From the human T2T-CHM13v2.0 reference genome, Homo sapiens, in NCBI RefSeq assembly GCF_009914755.1, contig NC_060937.1: 64,000 bases of DNA. One strand, written 5' to 3'. How positions within the stretch are numbered: the stretch's first letter is position 1; the number at the start of each line of letters is the position of its first letter. The position numbers were made by a program, and so were the translations under genes. The notes beneath the pieces were generated by a model. That model saw nothing but the letters and a program-made list of their open reading frames with translations. It was not told the DNA's origin and did not search any database. This document shows positions 13,586-27,130 of this stretch, one piece after another.

Positions 13586-14074
13586 CACTAGAATGGTGTT
13601 GGCCAGTGAGCAGATCTTAGATTTCCTATTGTATTTATTCTATTCCTATTTCTGGTGTTTCTTGGTCTGTTAATTATGGCTCAACTGCTGGCCATGGATG
13701 GATACAACCACCTTTAAACCATCCATCTATCCACTCTTTCTTTTTCTGGCCTCCAGGAAAAATAAAGTATTATTCTCTTTCTAAAGGATTTCCTACAATA
13801 GAATTGCAAAGATAATAGTAGCACAGGTTACTTTATATTACTTTCCTCTCTGTATCTCAGTTAATTAACTGATTTCCAAAATGCAGAGAGTGTGAAAGGT
13901 TGCTACACTCAGAAATCCAGAATCTTTTTTAATGTGGCAGGCTCTTTAGTTGTCCTCTCTCAGTGAGTCACTCTTCCTTAACTCCATCTGCTTACTCTCT
14001 CCTGTTTAATCTGGTTTAAGAACCAATTAAGCAGAGAATCTACAGTTTTATTTTTTAAATAAAGATATGATTTA

Positions 14075-14305
14075 TGCATAAGAAAATCACAGATACTAAA
14101 TTTTATTTTGTATTAGTTTTGGCAATTATATATACCTATTTAACCGCTACCTATGTGACAGAGAACATTTCCTTCATCACAGAAATGTTCTTCTTGGTCA
14201 ATCTGGCACCCACTACCCCCATGCCCAGACAATCACTAAACTTCACATAAATGAAATCATACAATATGTATTCTTTTTTGTGTGTCTTCTTTTGTTCACC
14301 ATAAT
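14075..14305 (-). mobile_element. Old L1M 3' fragment
   Basis: 'agaacatttccttcatcacagaaatgttc...cataaatgaaatcatacaatatgtattc' is an antisense L1M 3' end motif. Confidence 0.6.
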
Positions 14306-14644
14306 AATGGTCTTGATAGTATAAGACTATTAAATGGGATAATATATGTATATCTCACTATCAAGCACATGGTAAATGTTTGAGAAGTATTGTTTATGTA
14401 ACAGCTTATTAAATCTGGATTTGTTCCATTTCAATTTTAACTGAAACTAAAAGCGAAAAGTGACAATTATTTTGTATTCAAAGAGCAAATAAGTGCAGGA
14501 TTAGAAAAGAAAGACAAAAACATTTTTTGTGACCCTTGACCTCACATCTTTCCTGAGGAAAATTAAAGAGTTAAAGATGAAAAACTGACAGCATCATTGG
14601 AGGCAACACACACATCCAACCCCGCCCCCCTGCCCCCAACCCCG

Positions 14645-14735
14645 ACACACACACATAGAGAGAGAGAGAGAGAAAGAGGAAAGAAAAAAAAAGGAAGGAA
14701 GGAAGGAAAGGAGGGAGGGAGGACAAAACAGGAAA
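14645..14735. repeat. Compound (CA)/(GA)/(GGAA) simple repeat
   Basis: Read directly. Confidence 0.85.
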
Positions 14736-14749
14736 TAGAAAAAAAACAC

Positions 14750-15450
14750 CTATAGGACAGAATTTTGTTGTGACAGTGGGTAGAAACCTACCTTGGGGAG
14801 TTAGCACACTGAGGAGGGATGAAAAGGGCATGTCTATCAGGGACCAGGAAGGAAAGCTTAATGCTGGATGTCCAAGGTGAAGGTAGTAAAATGGGGAAGT
14901 GTTAAAGGCTGTGAGGAAACCTCTGTTTTAAATATTTACTATGGCCAAAATAAACCAACACAAGATTGTCTTACAAGAAAGACTTTTTTGTCTCTTTTAC
15001 CTCTCTCTTTCCTATTTTGACCCCAAAAGCAGTCGAAAACCATAATTCAGAAAAAGGCAGATTTAGGTAGAGGAAGAGAAGTTAATCAGCCAACCAAGAC
15101 TCACTTCCTGCTCATCAGCATACAGCTTAAGGACTAAGGGAGCAAGGACAAGAGTGAAACTTTCATTTCAAATACTGTTAGTTTCCATCACTACATTGGA
15201 CTAATTAGTTTTTAAATATTTCTAAAATCAGATATCTGCTCATTATTTGATTATTTTGAACTAGATATGAGAGAATATTTTGTATCTGAAAATGAGAGGA
15301 TAACTTTTGTACCCTAACTTAGATTTCACCCAGGTAAAGAAGGGGGAAAAGTGAGTTTTATAGAGCATATTTAAACTACCATTGAGAGAGTGGGAAGCAT
15401 ACTTACACTATTATTACTTGAATGTATTTGTTGACTCCAGTTTCAGCTAG
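14750..15450 (+). mobile_element. Possible ancient ERV LTR (LTR78/79-like)
   Basis: 'agatttcacccaggtaaagaagggg...agagcatatttaaa...gagagagtggg' weakly resembles a recalled ancient LTR 3' region. Confidence 0.3.
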
Positions 15451-16699
15451 CTATCTTCTACATATCACTTAAAACATAAATCAGATGTAAACTTTTTAGC
15501 AACTTCTTGCATCCCCAGTTTAGTCTGAAATATGCGACCTTTCAGAGAACCTGCAGCACCCAGAGGCAAATTTTATCTGGACACTATCACTGTAAAGTAT
15601 GCTTGCTTTTTTTATTGTAGACATTGCAGCAAGCCTAAAGAAAAAATAAATAAACATAGTTTAACTTCTGCATGGCCAGGTCCTTGAACATTTCCCAGTC
15701 CTGAAAATATAGTTGATAAGTGTTTATCTTGTAAATAAATAAAATGTGTACATTATGTGTCACTTGATTAAGTTAGATGCATACTTTATATAAAGAACGT
15801 ATTTACTGTGTACTGGCCCAGGTTTTTATTTCTCTGCTATATGAAATACTAAAACTATATTTCAAAATCGCTTATATTTTCAAAATATAGGTGAAAGTTC
15901 TCTATGAAGAATTTTGCTTTAGAATAAAATATTATAATTAAATTATGTATTACATTAATGTGACTTTTTCTATCCAATCTTATTACATTATGAATCACAT
16001 ATTGTGTGTTGTAGTAGTCATGTATGGCTATATTTATTTTTCAAAGAATTGTTCTGCAAAAAATTGTGCTTCATCCAAATGTAATTATCCCTTATTTATT
16101 TTTTTTCCAGAGCAAAATACATGAGAGTTAATCTAATATCCTATATAATTCTGAATTCAGTTAGATAACAAGTAAAACCATCATGCATTTTAAGATAAGC
16201 ACTGAATATGGAAAGGATGTACCTTAAGGACAAACCTTATCTAATTGATCTTAATGAGGTCATGTTAGAACAATACAAGCTTCAACTCAAATCTCAGGCT
16301 TTGACTTGATCTTGGCTTTTTTTATAAGTGTGTGTATGTCTGCACATGTGCTCTTCTGTGTGTATGTGTAGGTAACTTTGGTAAAAAGTTCTTCAACTCT
16401 AATGTAATTTCTGATATCTTTTACAACTCCCGTATTGCCCCAAACACTTACCTACTGCTTCCAGCCAGAATAAGCTTAGGGTGTAAGTTCAAATACTGTA
16501 GAGCTGCTTCTCTGTACAGCCCCATGACCCATCTGAGCGGTTTCTCTTTGAAATCTCCTTATCCTTTGTTTTGGTTTCTTCTCCTTAGTCTTAGTAGTCT
16601 CTTATTTCCTTTACTTACCACACTTTTCAAATGACTCTTTTCCTATGAAATAATTATCTATTAATGAAACAAAAAAATCAAGAATTTTATGTTATTTCT

Positions 16700-16870
16700 A
16701 GTACAGATCAAGAATAATAGCCCTCTCCCCAAATGTCCTTTAGGACTAAATTATTTAATAATCCTTAGAGACTAAATTATTTAGAGTGGGGTAGGGGTGG
16801 ATAATTACTATTTAGAGCAGTTTTATGCATGATTGATTTGATCAGCCAAAGTTAGAAACCAACTCATTAG
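16700..16870. mobile_element. MER5-like hAT-Charlie fragment
   Basis: 'gagtggggtagg...gattgatttgatcagccaaagttagaaaccaactcattaga' resembles a MER5 terminus. Confidence 0.4.
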
Positions 16871-18698
16871 AACAAGTGTAAACGAGCATGTGTTGAAATG
16901 TTCTGCTATCATATTTAAATGCATAACTAAATAGCATTATTGAGTAGTTCTCCATTTCTCTCAGTGTATAGGAGCTCATCTTCCAATGGCAAAATAGATT
17001 TCTCTATAGATTAAATATTGTGCTAGGGAAACTCAATGTCAGAAAATAAGCGTGAACAATTCATGAGACATGCAATACCTACTATACTCTAAAGACTTGA
17101 ATATATCGTAAATCTTAAAGTAAGTGTTTACTAAGACAGAAGATTTTTAATTTATATATTTAAATACAATTTCAAAGAGTTGCTATTACTAGAAATGCCC
17201 TGACCTCATATTTCATGTCATAGTTAAGGCTATTCTGAATCCACCTAACAAAGTCTAAGCCTGTTAAAAATATCCATAAAACTTAACAGGAATTGGGTAA
17301 TGTATTTATACTTAATGAAGCAAAAAAAAGACTTAATTGAGTCTGAAAATTCTTGTATTTCATGAGTGGTTTATGGAAGTTGAGATATGAGCTGAGTATG
17401 CATGTTAAAAAAAAGTACAGTAAAATTTTAATTGGCACATCTCTACTGAAGCAAAAATTTGCCAATTAAGTAATATTGTGATTATTGTGCTAGAATTTGA
17501 TTTTAGACAGTATTCTTTTCAACAGTGGCAACAACGTTTGCTGGGAATAGTAAAAAAATTAAGGTGACAGCTTTGGTGGCAACGGTGCAAAAATATTGGG
17601 TAGACCAATCTACCGTTAATACCTCCTTCTCCAAGTACAAGAAACTTTCAGTAACCTTCTAAAGACATTCTTAAGATTAGAAAAGGGTTTCTGACTTGAG
17701 GTTATTTTCTAATAATATCTAAATACATCCGAGAAAAGAAATACCTTTAACCATTTATTCATAATTATTTTGTAAGTTTGACATCGAAACTAACAGAGGA
17801 TGGGACCAGCCATAATTGATGCTGGGTATCAAAAGCTGTATCTTTGAGGAGCAACTGAACAGCAGCTCTAGCAAAGACATCTAATGGGAATAAAACTTGA
17901 GTAAATGCATAGAAGATTCAGAAATGCTTAAAATTAAAGAGACATGTGTGTTTTTAAAGACATTCAAAAGAATTCTATTATTTTAATATGGAAGGAACAC
18001 TTTACATGTGAATTCACTGCTATATTTTTCTGAAGAATTTATAAACATTATGCCACATATCAAAAACAGGCAATTTAAAACTTTAAACAAAGTTCCTTTG
18101 GCATAAATCCGTATGAAATATTAGATATTTCAGAATTTCTGAAAATGAAGTTAGTGAGATTTATAAACAGCGAAAATATAAAACATGAGAAAAGGTATGA
18201 CCCAAAAAAACAATTACAACGTGATTTCTGGGCATATCAGGTCAGTAAACTTCTATTTAATGATATATGAATCCTTTCAGTTATATTTACAAAAATAAAT
18301 AATGGAAGAAAAGTTGAAGATGAGTCATATTTACAAAAATTTCAACTTACTAAAAGTGATTAATAAATATTTGGTACACTAATGTTTTGGTAAAAATTAT
18401 TAATTTTTTCAGTAAATTTTCAGAAATTTAATATATGTGAGGCACTGCTAGGCATCTTGACATTAACAGTAAATATATATTGATGATGCATATCTTTATG
18501 GAGTCTATGATTTATTAAGAAAGCATTACATATACAGATTATCATATCATGAAGCCTAATAAGATGACTATAACTGAAGTAAAACAAATATAGAATGTAA
18601 TAAAATTTTGTAGTTGGGAGCAAGACATTTTATCTCTAGAACAGGGGAAATGAAGACACATAGAGTTTAAGCAGCCAGACTGACATAAAACTAGTGGA

Positions 18699-18958
18699 CA
18701 GGGCTAACTTACACATGAGGCACAGAAGTGCGGAGTCTGGGGCTCATCATGCCTTTAGATACCTACAAAAATGTTTATTTTCTTACAAAATTAAAAGAAA
18801 AAATGAAATTTTAGATTAAGGAAAATGTTTTAATATATACCATTAATATATTCATCTTTATATTATGGCAGTATAAACTATTTTTATGATTTTATTAATA
18901 AAATAAGGGGTTCATGAAGACAAAATGCCCAGGGTCCATAAGTGATAATGCGGCCCTG
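18699..18958. mobile_element. hAT-Tip100 non-autonomous MITE (ORSL-like)
   Basis: Ends CAGGGC...GCCCTG, 260 bp. Degenerate 8-bp TSD ctagtgga / ctggtggg. Flanked by MIR sequence. Confidence 0.7.
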
Positions 18959-18959
18959 C

Positions 18960-19130
18960 TGGTGGGATTCTAATCCTGGCTCCATCTTTTAGCAGACGTA
19001 GCATGCTGGTCACTCCATACGTCAATTATCCCACAATGAAGCAGTGATAATAATTGTACTACTTTCATAAAGTTGCTATGAATATTGAGTGAATTATTAC
19101 ATGCAAAATTCCTTGAACAGTATCTGGATT
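18960..19130 (+). mobile_element. MIR SINE
   Basis: 'ctaatcctggctccatct...gtgataataattgtactactttcataaagttgctatgaatattgagtga...cttgaacagtatctgg'. Confidence 0.65.
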
Positions 19131-19179
19131 ATACTACAATTAAAAATCAGCTGTTGTATTGTCATTTTGATCATCCCTG

Positions 19180-19540
19180 AAGATTGAATAAGGTGGAGAG
19201 AAGTGAATGGGATGTTTGGGAGAATATCAATTATGATGGTTGAACAATGGCATTGGTTGTATATAGAGCAGCATTGAGATAAATCTGGTATTTGATCATG
19301 GGTGACCTTAAACTCTTGTTGGGAAACTGACTTGCTATAGACCTTACAGAGTAAGGCAATGGAAAGCCACTGGAGCATGCAGTAAGCTAATTAGCCAGAA
19401 TGTGCATAATGATTTGAAATGTTAAAGACTAGAATAAGGGCAAAAATGGAAGCATTATAAACTCGAAAAAGAATGGAAGAAAAGTTGAAAAAGATTAAAT
19501 CTGAGAAACTGCTTGAGAGATTGATTTTGATGCTAAAAAG
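19180..19540 (-). mobile_element. L2 fragment
   Basis: 'gtaaggcaatggaaagccactggag' and purine-rich flanks are typical of antisense L2. Confidence 0.45.
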
Positions 19541-20318
19541 AAGGAAAGAAGTTGCTTTTTTTAAAAAAGTAACTCCTACATTCTGAAGGAAATTTAACTT
19601 GCTCTCTAATTAAAGAAAAGTTGGAACTTACCAAGAGACATTTGGAGATTTTTTTTTCTAAGCTTGGAACCTGTATTTGTCAACTTTATAACTTAATTGG
19701 GCTGCAGGGCTGACAAATTGATTCTTCTTGCTCCTAATTTATTTAATTCAGTTTTCACAATTAGGCAAGCAATTAATCAATGTTGGAGTCATTAAGATTC
19801 ATTGCATTGAAATAGTGCCCTGACAATCATCCTAAGTAAGAACTGTGCAATTTATCAGAAGGCAGATGCCCTGAAAGATCTTAAGTGTACAATACTTAAG
19901 ATAGTAATAGGTGTGATATTCAGTATTTTAACTTCACCTAAAATTGTAGAATGAAATTGAAATAAATACCTTGTTTTACTTTGGTTCATCTCACAATCTT
20001 ACCTAGAAATAAAATAATATTTACCTATAAGTTGTTAAGATAAAACATGAAGCAGTGTAATCCTGTGTAACAGGATTATAAAAGAATAGTTGTCTGATGC
20101 ATTAATTATTTATTTTCAATAATATGGAAAACACAGCTTCTAGACAGTTAAGATTTAAGTTTAGAATGGCAAGCTTCTCTATATAATATTATAAATACAA
20201 TTTTTTCTTTATGGTATTTTATTTAAGGCTGTATTGGACATTGGAAAAATATTAAATTTAGGATCAGTGAATCTGTATTCTAGTGAATTCTAACATACAA
20301 AAGCTACGTATTCCTGTA

Positions 20319-20629
20319 GGCCAGGCATGGTGGCTCACGCCTGTGATCCCAGCACTTTGAGAGGCCGAGGTGAGCGGATCACCTGAGGTCAGGAGTTTGA
20401 GACCAGCCTGACCAACATGGTGAAACCCCATCTCTACTAAAAATACAAAAATTAGCCAGGTGTGGTGGTGAGCACCTGTAATTCCATCTACTTGGGAGAT
20501 GAGGCAGAAGAATTGCTTGAACTCTGGAGGCAGAGGTTGCAATGAGTCGAGACCGTGCCATTGCACCACAGCCTGGGCAACAAAAGTGAAACTCTGTCTC
20601 AAAAAAAAAAAAAACAAAAGCAAAACCCC
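20319..20629 (+). mobile_element. Alu (AluSq/Sx-like)
   Basis: Full dimer with A tail. TSD aaagctacgtattcctg (20300-20316) vs aaagctatatattcttg (20630-20646). Confidence 0.95.
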
Positions 20630-20657
20630 AAAGCTATATATTCTTGAGGAAAAAACT

Positions 20658-20685
20658 CATACATACATACATACATACATACATA
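20658..20685. repeat. (CATA)n tetranucleotide repeat
   Basis: Read directly. Confidence 0.9.
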
Positions 20686-21182
20686 AATGAAATGATGACA
20701 CTTTTCTATTTATCTTTGGCCTTTGAGCCCTTACCAAAATTGATATCCCAAACATTGAGATAAAGTATTATTATCTTGGGTTTCTAATATATCTAATTCT
20801 TCTGTTTCAGTTAACCTACCCCAAGCTTTAAAAAAATGTAATTATCTTTATTCTAAGGGTTGTTCTACCTGGGTGCCTCAAGTCTTTCTTCAAAGATTCA
20901 CTTCTGTACTGTGATAAAGCCAAATCTTATTCTATTACTCCTTGCATTTTTCCAAAAATGTTCCTTTTTTTATATACTTTGAAGGCACCCCTAAATCTTT
21001 TGTACTTTCATTCTGTCAGTCTTCAGACAGTGTATTCATGTCAGTGATCGGAAGATATGCCCTAGGAGTCTCAATTAATTGCTATTAAATCTGAAGCTGC
21101 TTTGTCAGAATTGTGTAGGGTTATAAAGAGCTGGTTCATAACAGTGTTTTTTTTTTAATTACAAAGGATAAATACTTCTTAA

Positions 21183-21691
<509 letters not shown>

Positions 21692-21890
21692 TTAATTACC
21701 AGAAATAGTTTTGCACTTATGACCAAATGGAGGCTGAATCTAAAATGTTTCCTGCTTGTGCTAGCATGAGAGTTAGACACATTCTCATTACCACAGGTCA
21801 CAATGATTTCTGCATCTTTCATTGCCAGATTAGAATCTTATAATCTCTGCAGAGTTGACGAGGAGTCTGACTACTGTACATGCTGATATT

Positions 21891-22654
21891 TGTTGACAAA
21901 AAATAAAACCAAACTCTATAAAATATTTTAAAAGGTTTATTCTGAGCCAATGAGTGACTAGTCTGAAGAGTTCCTGATAAAGTGTGCCCAAGATGATTAG
22001 GTAACAGTTTAGTTTTATACATTTTAGGGAAACAGGAGTTACAAAAGCAAAGACTTAGTCCAGAGGCAGAGCTCAAGTTTAGAGACAATTATTGCCTTCT
22101 TAGAATTAAGAAACTCCTGACTATTCTACCAATTTCCCATAAATTATGAGTTTATGGAAGGTGTCCATTTTTTCAGCCTAACGAAGCAGGATTACTTGAA
22201 GGGAGAGGTTTACAGTTAATACGTGCATTCAGACATTTTCAGACTGGAAATTGACAGTAAGCCTTAAGCTTTGTCTAAAGACTTAAGAAGTTAGTAGAAA
22301 TAAATGTTTGGGATAAGATAAGGAGGTTGTGGAAGTCAAGGGCCTTGTTATGTAGATGAAGTCTCATAGGTTGGCAACTGTCAGAGAGCAGGTGATATTA
22401 TACCAGAGTCCAACTGAAACGTGGTATCTTATTGCCACAAATAGTCTGTTTTGTCAGTCTTATGGTCTCTATTTTAATGTTAATGCTGGTCAGCTGTGCC
22501 TAAACTCCAAATTGAGGAGTTATAACAAGGCATGTCTGACCTCTACTTCTATCATGCTCAGGGAATTGAGTTTTTCTGATTTTCCCTTGGCCTGGGGGTT
22601 GGGGGTTCCATTCAGTCAGCTGGGGAGGGTGTACGATTTTATATTTGGTTTACA
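21891..22654 (-). mobile_element. MER4-group (ERV1) solo LTR (MER4B/D/E-like)
   Basis: TG...CA ends ('tgttgac' ... 'tttggtttaca'), 'tttattctgagccaa' and 'gtgtgcccaag'. 4-bp TSD TATT at 21887-21890 and 22655-22658. Carries a foreign insert at 22059-22153. Confidence 0.85.
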
Positions 22655-23337
22655 TATTGATGTTGTGATTGCCCAGTGGCTTTTCTACCTTTACGGAAAA
22701 AAAAAAAAACTATCTCAGAGATCCACTTATAATATTGATATTAAGTACTGTTTGCTACCTTTTAAGGGTCATGAAATACGACTCTCAGAACTTCAGGTTT
22801 TCTTTCCATTTTAAATTCACCAGTACCACCTCTGGACTGTTTCTCTTCCATTTTGTTTTCATTATAAAAACACTGTGTCCATTTTTTTTTTATTCAGTTG
22901 GTCTAGGGTAAGGCTGTGTTTATAATTTTAAAAAGCTATCATAGTTGATTCTGATGAACTTCAAATGGTGCATCAGAATCAGCTATGATAGCTTTTAAAA
23001 TGAGCACAAATTAAAGATTAACATGTTTTTAATCTTTGTGTTAATCTTGACTGAATGAGGCCCTTAACTTTTACAGCTCCATTAAATAGTCATGCATTAT
23101 TGATTTGGGATTCTCATATTGGGGCTTGAGTAGACACACATTGAACAGATAAAAGTGATGCTTTGGCAGATATGTTGTGTTCTGTCTAAATGTCTCTCTT
23201 CCTTAATACCTTGAGGGCATGTAGATTTCAACTTTAAAAACTCAATTCTAAGCCTCCCTAAAATCTCCCCTTGTGCCTTCCTAAGAATCTATAAAGAATT
23301 TTTCATTTCCAAATAAACTTGACAAATAGGAATTAGA

Positions 23338-23943
23338 TGTTGAGAGACAATTATCCATAAATCTGTTTCTCTCATATGTTTATACATCTAGGAAGTCATA
23401 GGCCATGTGCTGCAGGACTATCTTTTCAGGATTGTTTGTATAAGCACGGAATTTTGAAAAGATAGAGACCTGGACTCCCCCCTAAGGCAAATTTATTTAA
23501 ATTTCCAGATTGTAAAAATGAAGACATTATCCATCAAGACAATAAAAATAGAGACTCGTCACTTCTGTCTCCAGAGAGAGTTGCTTACATTTCAAGTTAA
23601 TAAAGGCAATGTCTCTCTCAAGTGGGAAGGACGGGCAGGCTTTCCAGCTGTCCCTTTTTAAAGTCCCTCTTAAACTTGGAATTCCTCTCTTACAGCAAAT
23701 ATCCACTGCGTGCTTAGGCAATGCCTGACCCTTACCCATATTACTTGTAATATGTAACTGGGGTTCAGGAAGAGCTGCTACAATATTATTTTTGCTGCTG
23801 CTCTTACTGTAATAAATGTTTTTTTTTATCACTGACCTAGACATTTCATATCTTTCTGCTAGTATCTATGAAACTATCATAGGTGAACTTGTTACTTTTC
23901 AAGCAGGATGGAATCTTAGACACGTTTCAGTCCTCACTTGACA
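23338..23943 (+). mobile_element. ERVL-type solo LTR (MER76-like)
   Basis: Starts 'tgttgagagacaattatccat', contains 'ggactatcttttcagg...gaaaagatagagac' and AATAAA at ~23811, ends 'cttgaca'. Confidence 0.65.
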
Positions 23944-24039
23944 GTTTAACATGAAATGTAGTTTCCCTTCTGAAAAAACGAACAGCAAACAGACAAAATA
24001 TTTTTTAAAAATGAAAAAAAAAAGTGCTTTATTTAGTGG

Positions 24040-24288
24040 ACATGAGCAATAAAGTCCAGTGATCTCTAAAACATGGGGAATAAATAAGGAAGCCCTATGA
24101 TTGCCTCATCGTATAGTTACATAAGATTCCCCAGGCCACGCAGGGAGTAGTATCCAGTAGAGTATGTATTGGAATCCTTGTGTTGAGTAGATAAAAGTGA
24201 GAATTCAAGGATACCAAGGTGGCTAGAGATTTTCGAACAGATTACGGAGGAGAGCATGCTGATGAGTAAACTATCTGAAAGTGTGTGT

Positions 24289-24325
<37 letters not shown>

Positions 24326-25180
24326 GGGAGGTGAGCAGTGGTGGGGAGAAGGATTATCATTTGAAAGGATTGGAGAAAAGTATCCAGTTATCACACAGAT
24401 TCAGGATAGTGCCTGTCCCTAACAGTCAGATTAAAGAAACTCATAATTTATGGAAAATTGGTAGAATAGTCAGGAGTTTCTTAATTCTAAGTGCACAATG
24501 ATTGGCTCTAAACTTGAGCTCTGCCTCTGGATCTCCCTAACAAAATGTAAAAGCAAGACCTGAATAAATTATAGTTTTTCTGAATAACTGTACCCCACAA
24601 TAAAGATTATGAATATAAATATATCTAGCACCCAATAAGATAAAATCATAATGTCTGGCATCCCATCAAATATTATTAGACATACAAAGTACATCCATGA
24701 AAACATAATGAGGAGAATAATTAATCAATCAATCAAAACCAACCCAGCTCTAATAATATTAGAATGAATAGACAAGGATACTAAACATTTTTAATTGTAT
24801 TCCAGATGTTCAAAATAAAGAGGCAAAAAAGTATAAAAAGGACTCAGTTATATTCTAAAGATGAAAACTGGAACATTTGAGAAAAACATACAAGATGAGA
24901 CTGAGTGAAAATTAGATATGGGAAAAGAAAAAAAAAAACAGTGAACCTAAAGTCATAGCAATAGAACTATCCAAAATAAAACAGAGAGAGAAAAAATGGA
25001 GAATGAAAAAATTGAAAAGATCTGTAGACCAACTTCATGGGGCTTACTATACATGTGATTAGAGTCATCAATGGGGAAAGGGGAACAGAAAAAGTTTGAA
25101 GAAATAATAGCAAACCGTATCTAAATTTGATGCCAGCTTAAAACCCACTGGTCAAAGAAGCTCACTGATACTTAAGCATG
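24040..25180 (+). mobile_element. Old L1M 5' UTR / ORF1 start (L1MC/MD-type)
   Basis: 'aaactcataattt...ctaacaaaatgtaaaagcaagacc...tctagcacccaataag...aatgtctggcatcc', then A-rich ORF1-like sequence 'gaagaaataatagcaaacc...aaatttgatg'. Confidence 0.7.
24281..24324. repeat. (GT)n microsatellite with one interruption
   Basis: Read directly. Confidence 0.95.
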
Positions 25181-25299
25181 ATAAGTTTTGGGGATATGTT
25201 AACACAAGGATCTCTCAGAGTCTTTGTGATGCATAAATATTTGAGACATAGAAACAATCAGGGCTATATTTACTCTAATCGTAACTTAGTCACAAAACT

Positions 25300-25460
25300 T
25301 ATTTACCACATACCAGACAATGTAATAAATTCTACAGGCATTATTTCATTTAATTTGGATGGCAGTACTTTTCAGTTGATATAATACTTGTCACTTCACA
25401 GGTAAGGAAAATGAAGTTATGAAGCTTAAGCGATTTGCCCAGAATTGTATATCTCTTAAC
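25300..25460 (-). mobile_element. MIR SINE
   Basis: 'cacttcacaggtaaggaaaatgaag...cttaagcgatttgcccaga'. Confidence 0.6.
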
Positions 25461-25641
25461 TGTGCTCAAACATTAATTCTGGTTTAAAGAAAATATTATA
25501 ATACTAATAATTCTACAGATCCATTTCAGATTAATAGGTTTTTAAAGTAAACTTTAAAGACTTATGTCTCATTAGTATATATATGAAGGGAAAGTGCTTT
25601 CAATAAGCAGATTAAGTAAATAAAATCACCGTAATGAGGTA

Positions 25642-25721
25642 TTAGGTTGGTGCAAAAGTAAGTGTGGCTTTTTCCATTATAAGTGATGGTAAAAACCGCA
25701 ATTACTTTTGCACCAAACTAA
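25642..25721. mobile_element. MADE1 (Hsmar1-derived MITE)
   Basis: 80 bp. TIRs ttaggttggtgcaaaagtaa / ttacttttgcaccaaactaa. TA on both sides. Confidence 0.95.
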
Positions 25722-25789
25722 TATATGCAGTATGGAATTGATGATAGTAATATTGTCTTACCTCTGCTAATGTTTTAAAGTTTGATGAC

Positions 25790-25960
25790 ATGTTGTGCAA
25801 CCTTCTTTCCAGTACATTTGATCTCATTTGACATTTGTCACGGTTCCAAACTTGAAGGAACTAAAACTAAGAGGTTAGTGGACTTGCCTAAGGTCCCCCA
25901 ATCCATTTAGTTTGGGACTTAGTATTAAATCTATACTCTTCTGATTTGAACTGGGATTTA
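25790..25960 (-). mobile_element. MIR SINE
   Basis: 'gaggttagtggacttgcctaaggtccc...gggacttag...cttctgatt'. Confidence 0.55.
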
Positions 25961-26949
25961 TTTTCTTAAAAATATATTTTTAATGGTTCTAATACAGACT
26001 TTGAATAAAATGTTTTTAAATAAGGAAGCCAACATTACTAAATAATTAAAGTTAATTAAGGAGAATGCTAAAATGTAAAGATAACTTTCAAAGCAGGCCT
26101 CAGGTATTAAAAGATTAGGTGGGTTTGTCTCATTTTATAATTTAAAATAGAAAACAACTTAAAAGTAGGCATTTCTCATAAATAATTTTCATATCTTGCT
26201 GTTAGATGTGTACGTAAAAATAACTTAAAATACATTTTATGGCAATATGTTTAATATTAGTCATTACATTAAAACTGAAAAGAAACTTTTCAGTAAATAT
26301 CATGCTTGACTATGAAATCTGCTAGAATGGACCTTCCAGACATTATAGCTATTATGTGGCTTTGCCAGTCACAACAAAGGAACACTGTGGAATCACAACG
26401 TGAGAGAATTACTGATGGCAGAGTCAATAACCATAAGGGGACATGAAATAAACACCATATGGGAGAAAAATTCATGGCAGTACCGCAGCAATATAAAACA
26501 AATGTTTACAAATATCAGCTGGTATCTATATGTGGCCAAGTAGCTAATTTCATTTTATTTGAGTAGCTATCACTGGCTGCATTATTATTCCAGACAAAAG
26601 TTTGAGCCATCTAGGTATAGTAAATACAAACATTATTATCAGATCCTCCTCAGAGAACCCATTTTGCTTTGATTTGTTTTATTTTATTTTTCTAACACTG
26701 TTCTCCACAAATTAGTATGAAAATTACTAGTTTGATTGGGTTTATTATTATTTTTAGATAAAGGATAGATATTATATATGTGTATACATCCACACATATA
26801 CACATATGTACACATGTTATGCTATCTATCAATTATATTTAAAGATTTTATCACAGTGCTGTTATTAGTATAATGCCCTCCCTCCTCTATATGTTTTTGT
26901 AATCATGGCATAATATGCCACAAAATGCAATGTGCATATATATTCAAAG

Positions 26950-27130
26950 CAATAAGCCTTAATACAGAAAAATAAAATGTATAGTCACAAAAATCTTTGT
27001 ACTCAAATTGCCTGAATTCAAACCCTGGCTTTGGAACACACAAGGTAGTTATTCATTTAATAAAATAATGCCGATTAAGTACCTAAACTACAGTGAACAC
27101 TTGATAAATGTTAGATTTTTACATCATCAC
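26950..27130 (+). mobile_element. MIR fragment
   Basis: 'attgcctgaattcaaaccctggctt...cacttgataaatgttag'. Confidence 0.5.

Noticed and set aside
17525-17590. Two GTGGCAAC half-sites (RFX-like)
   Set aside because: No full X-box and no other support from sequence alone.
22356-22814. 152-aa ORF
   Set aside because: Mostly antisense MER4 LTR running into an A tract, with no recognisable protein features.
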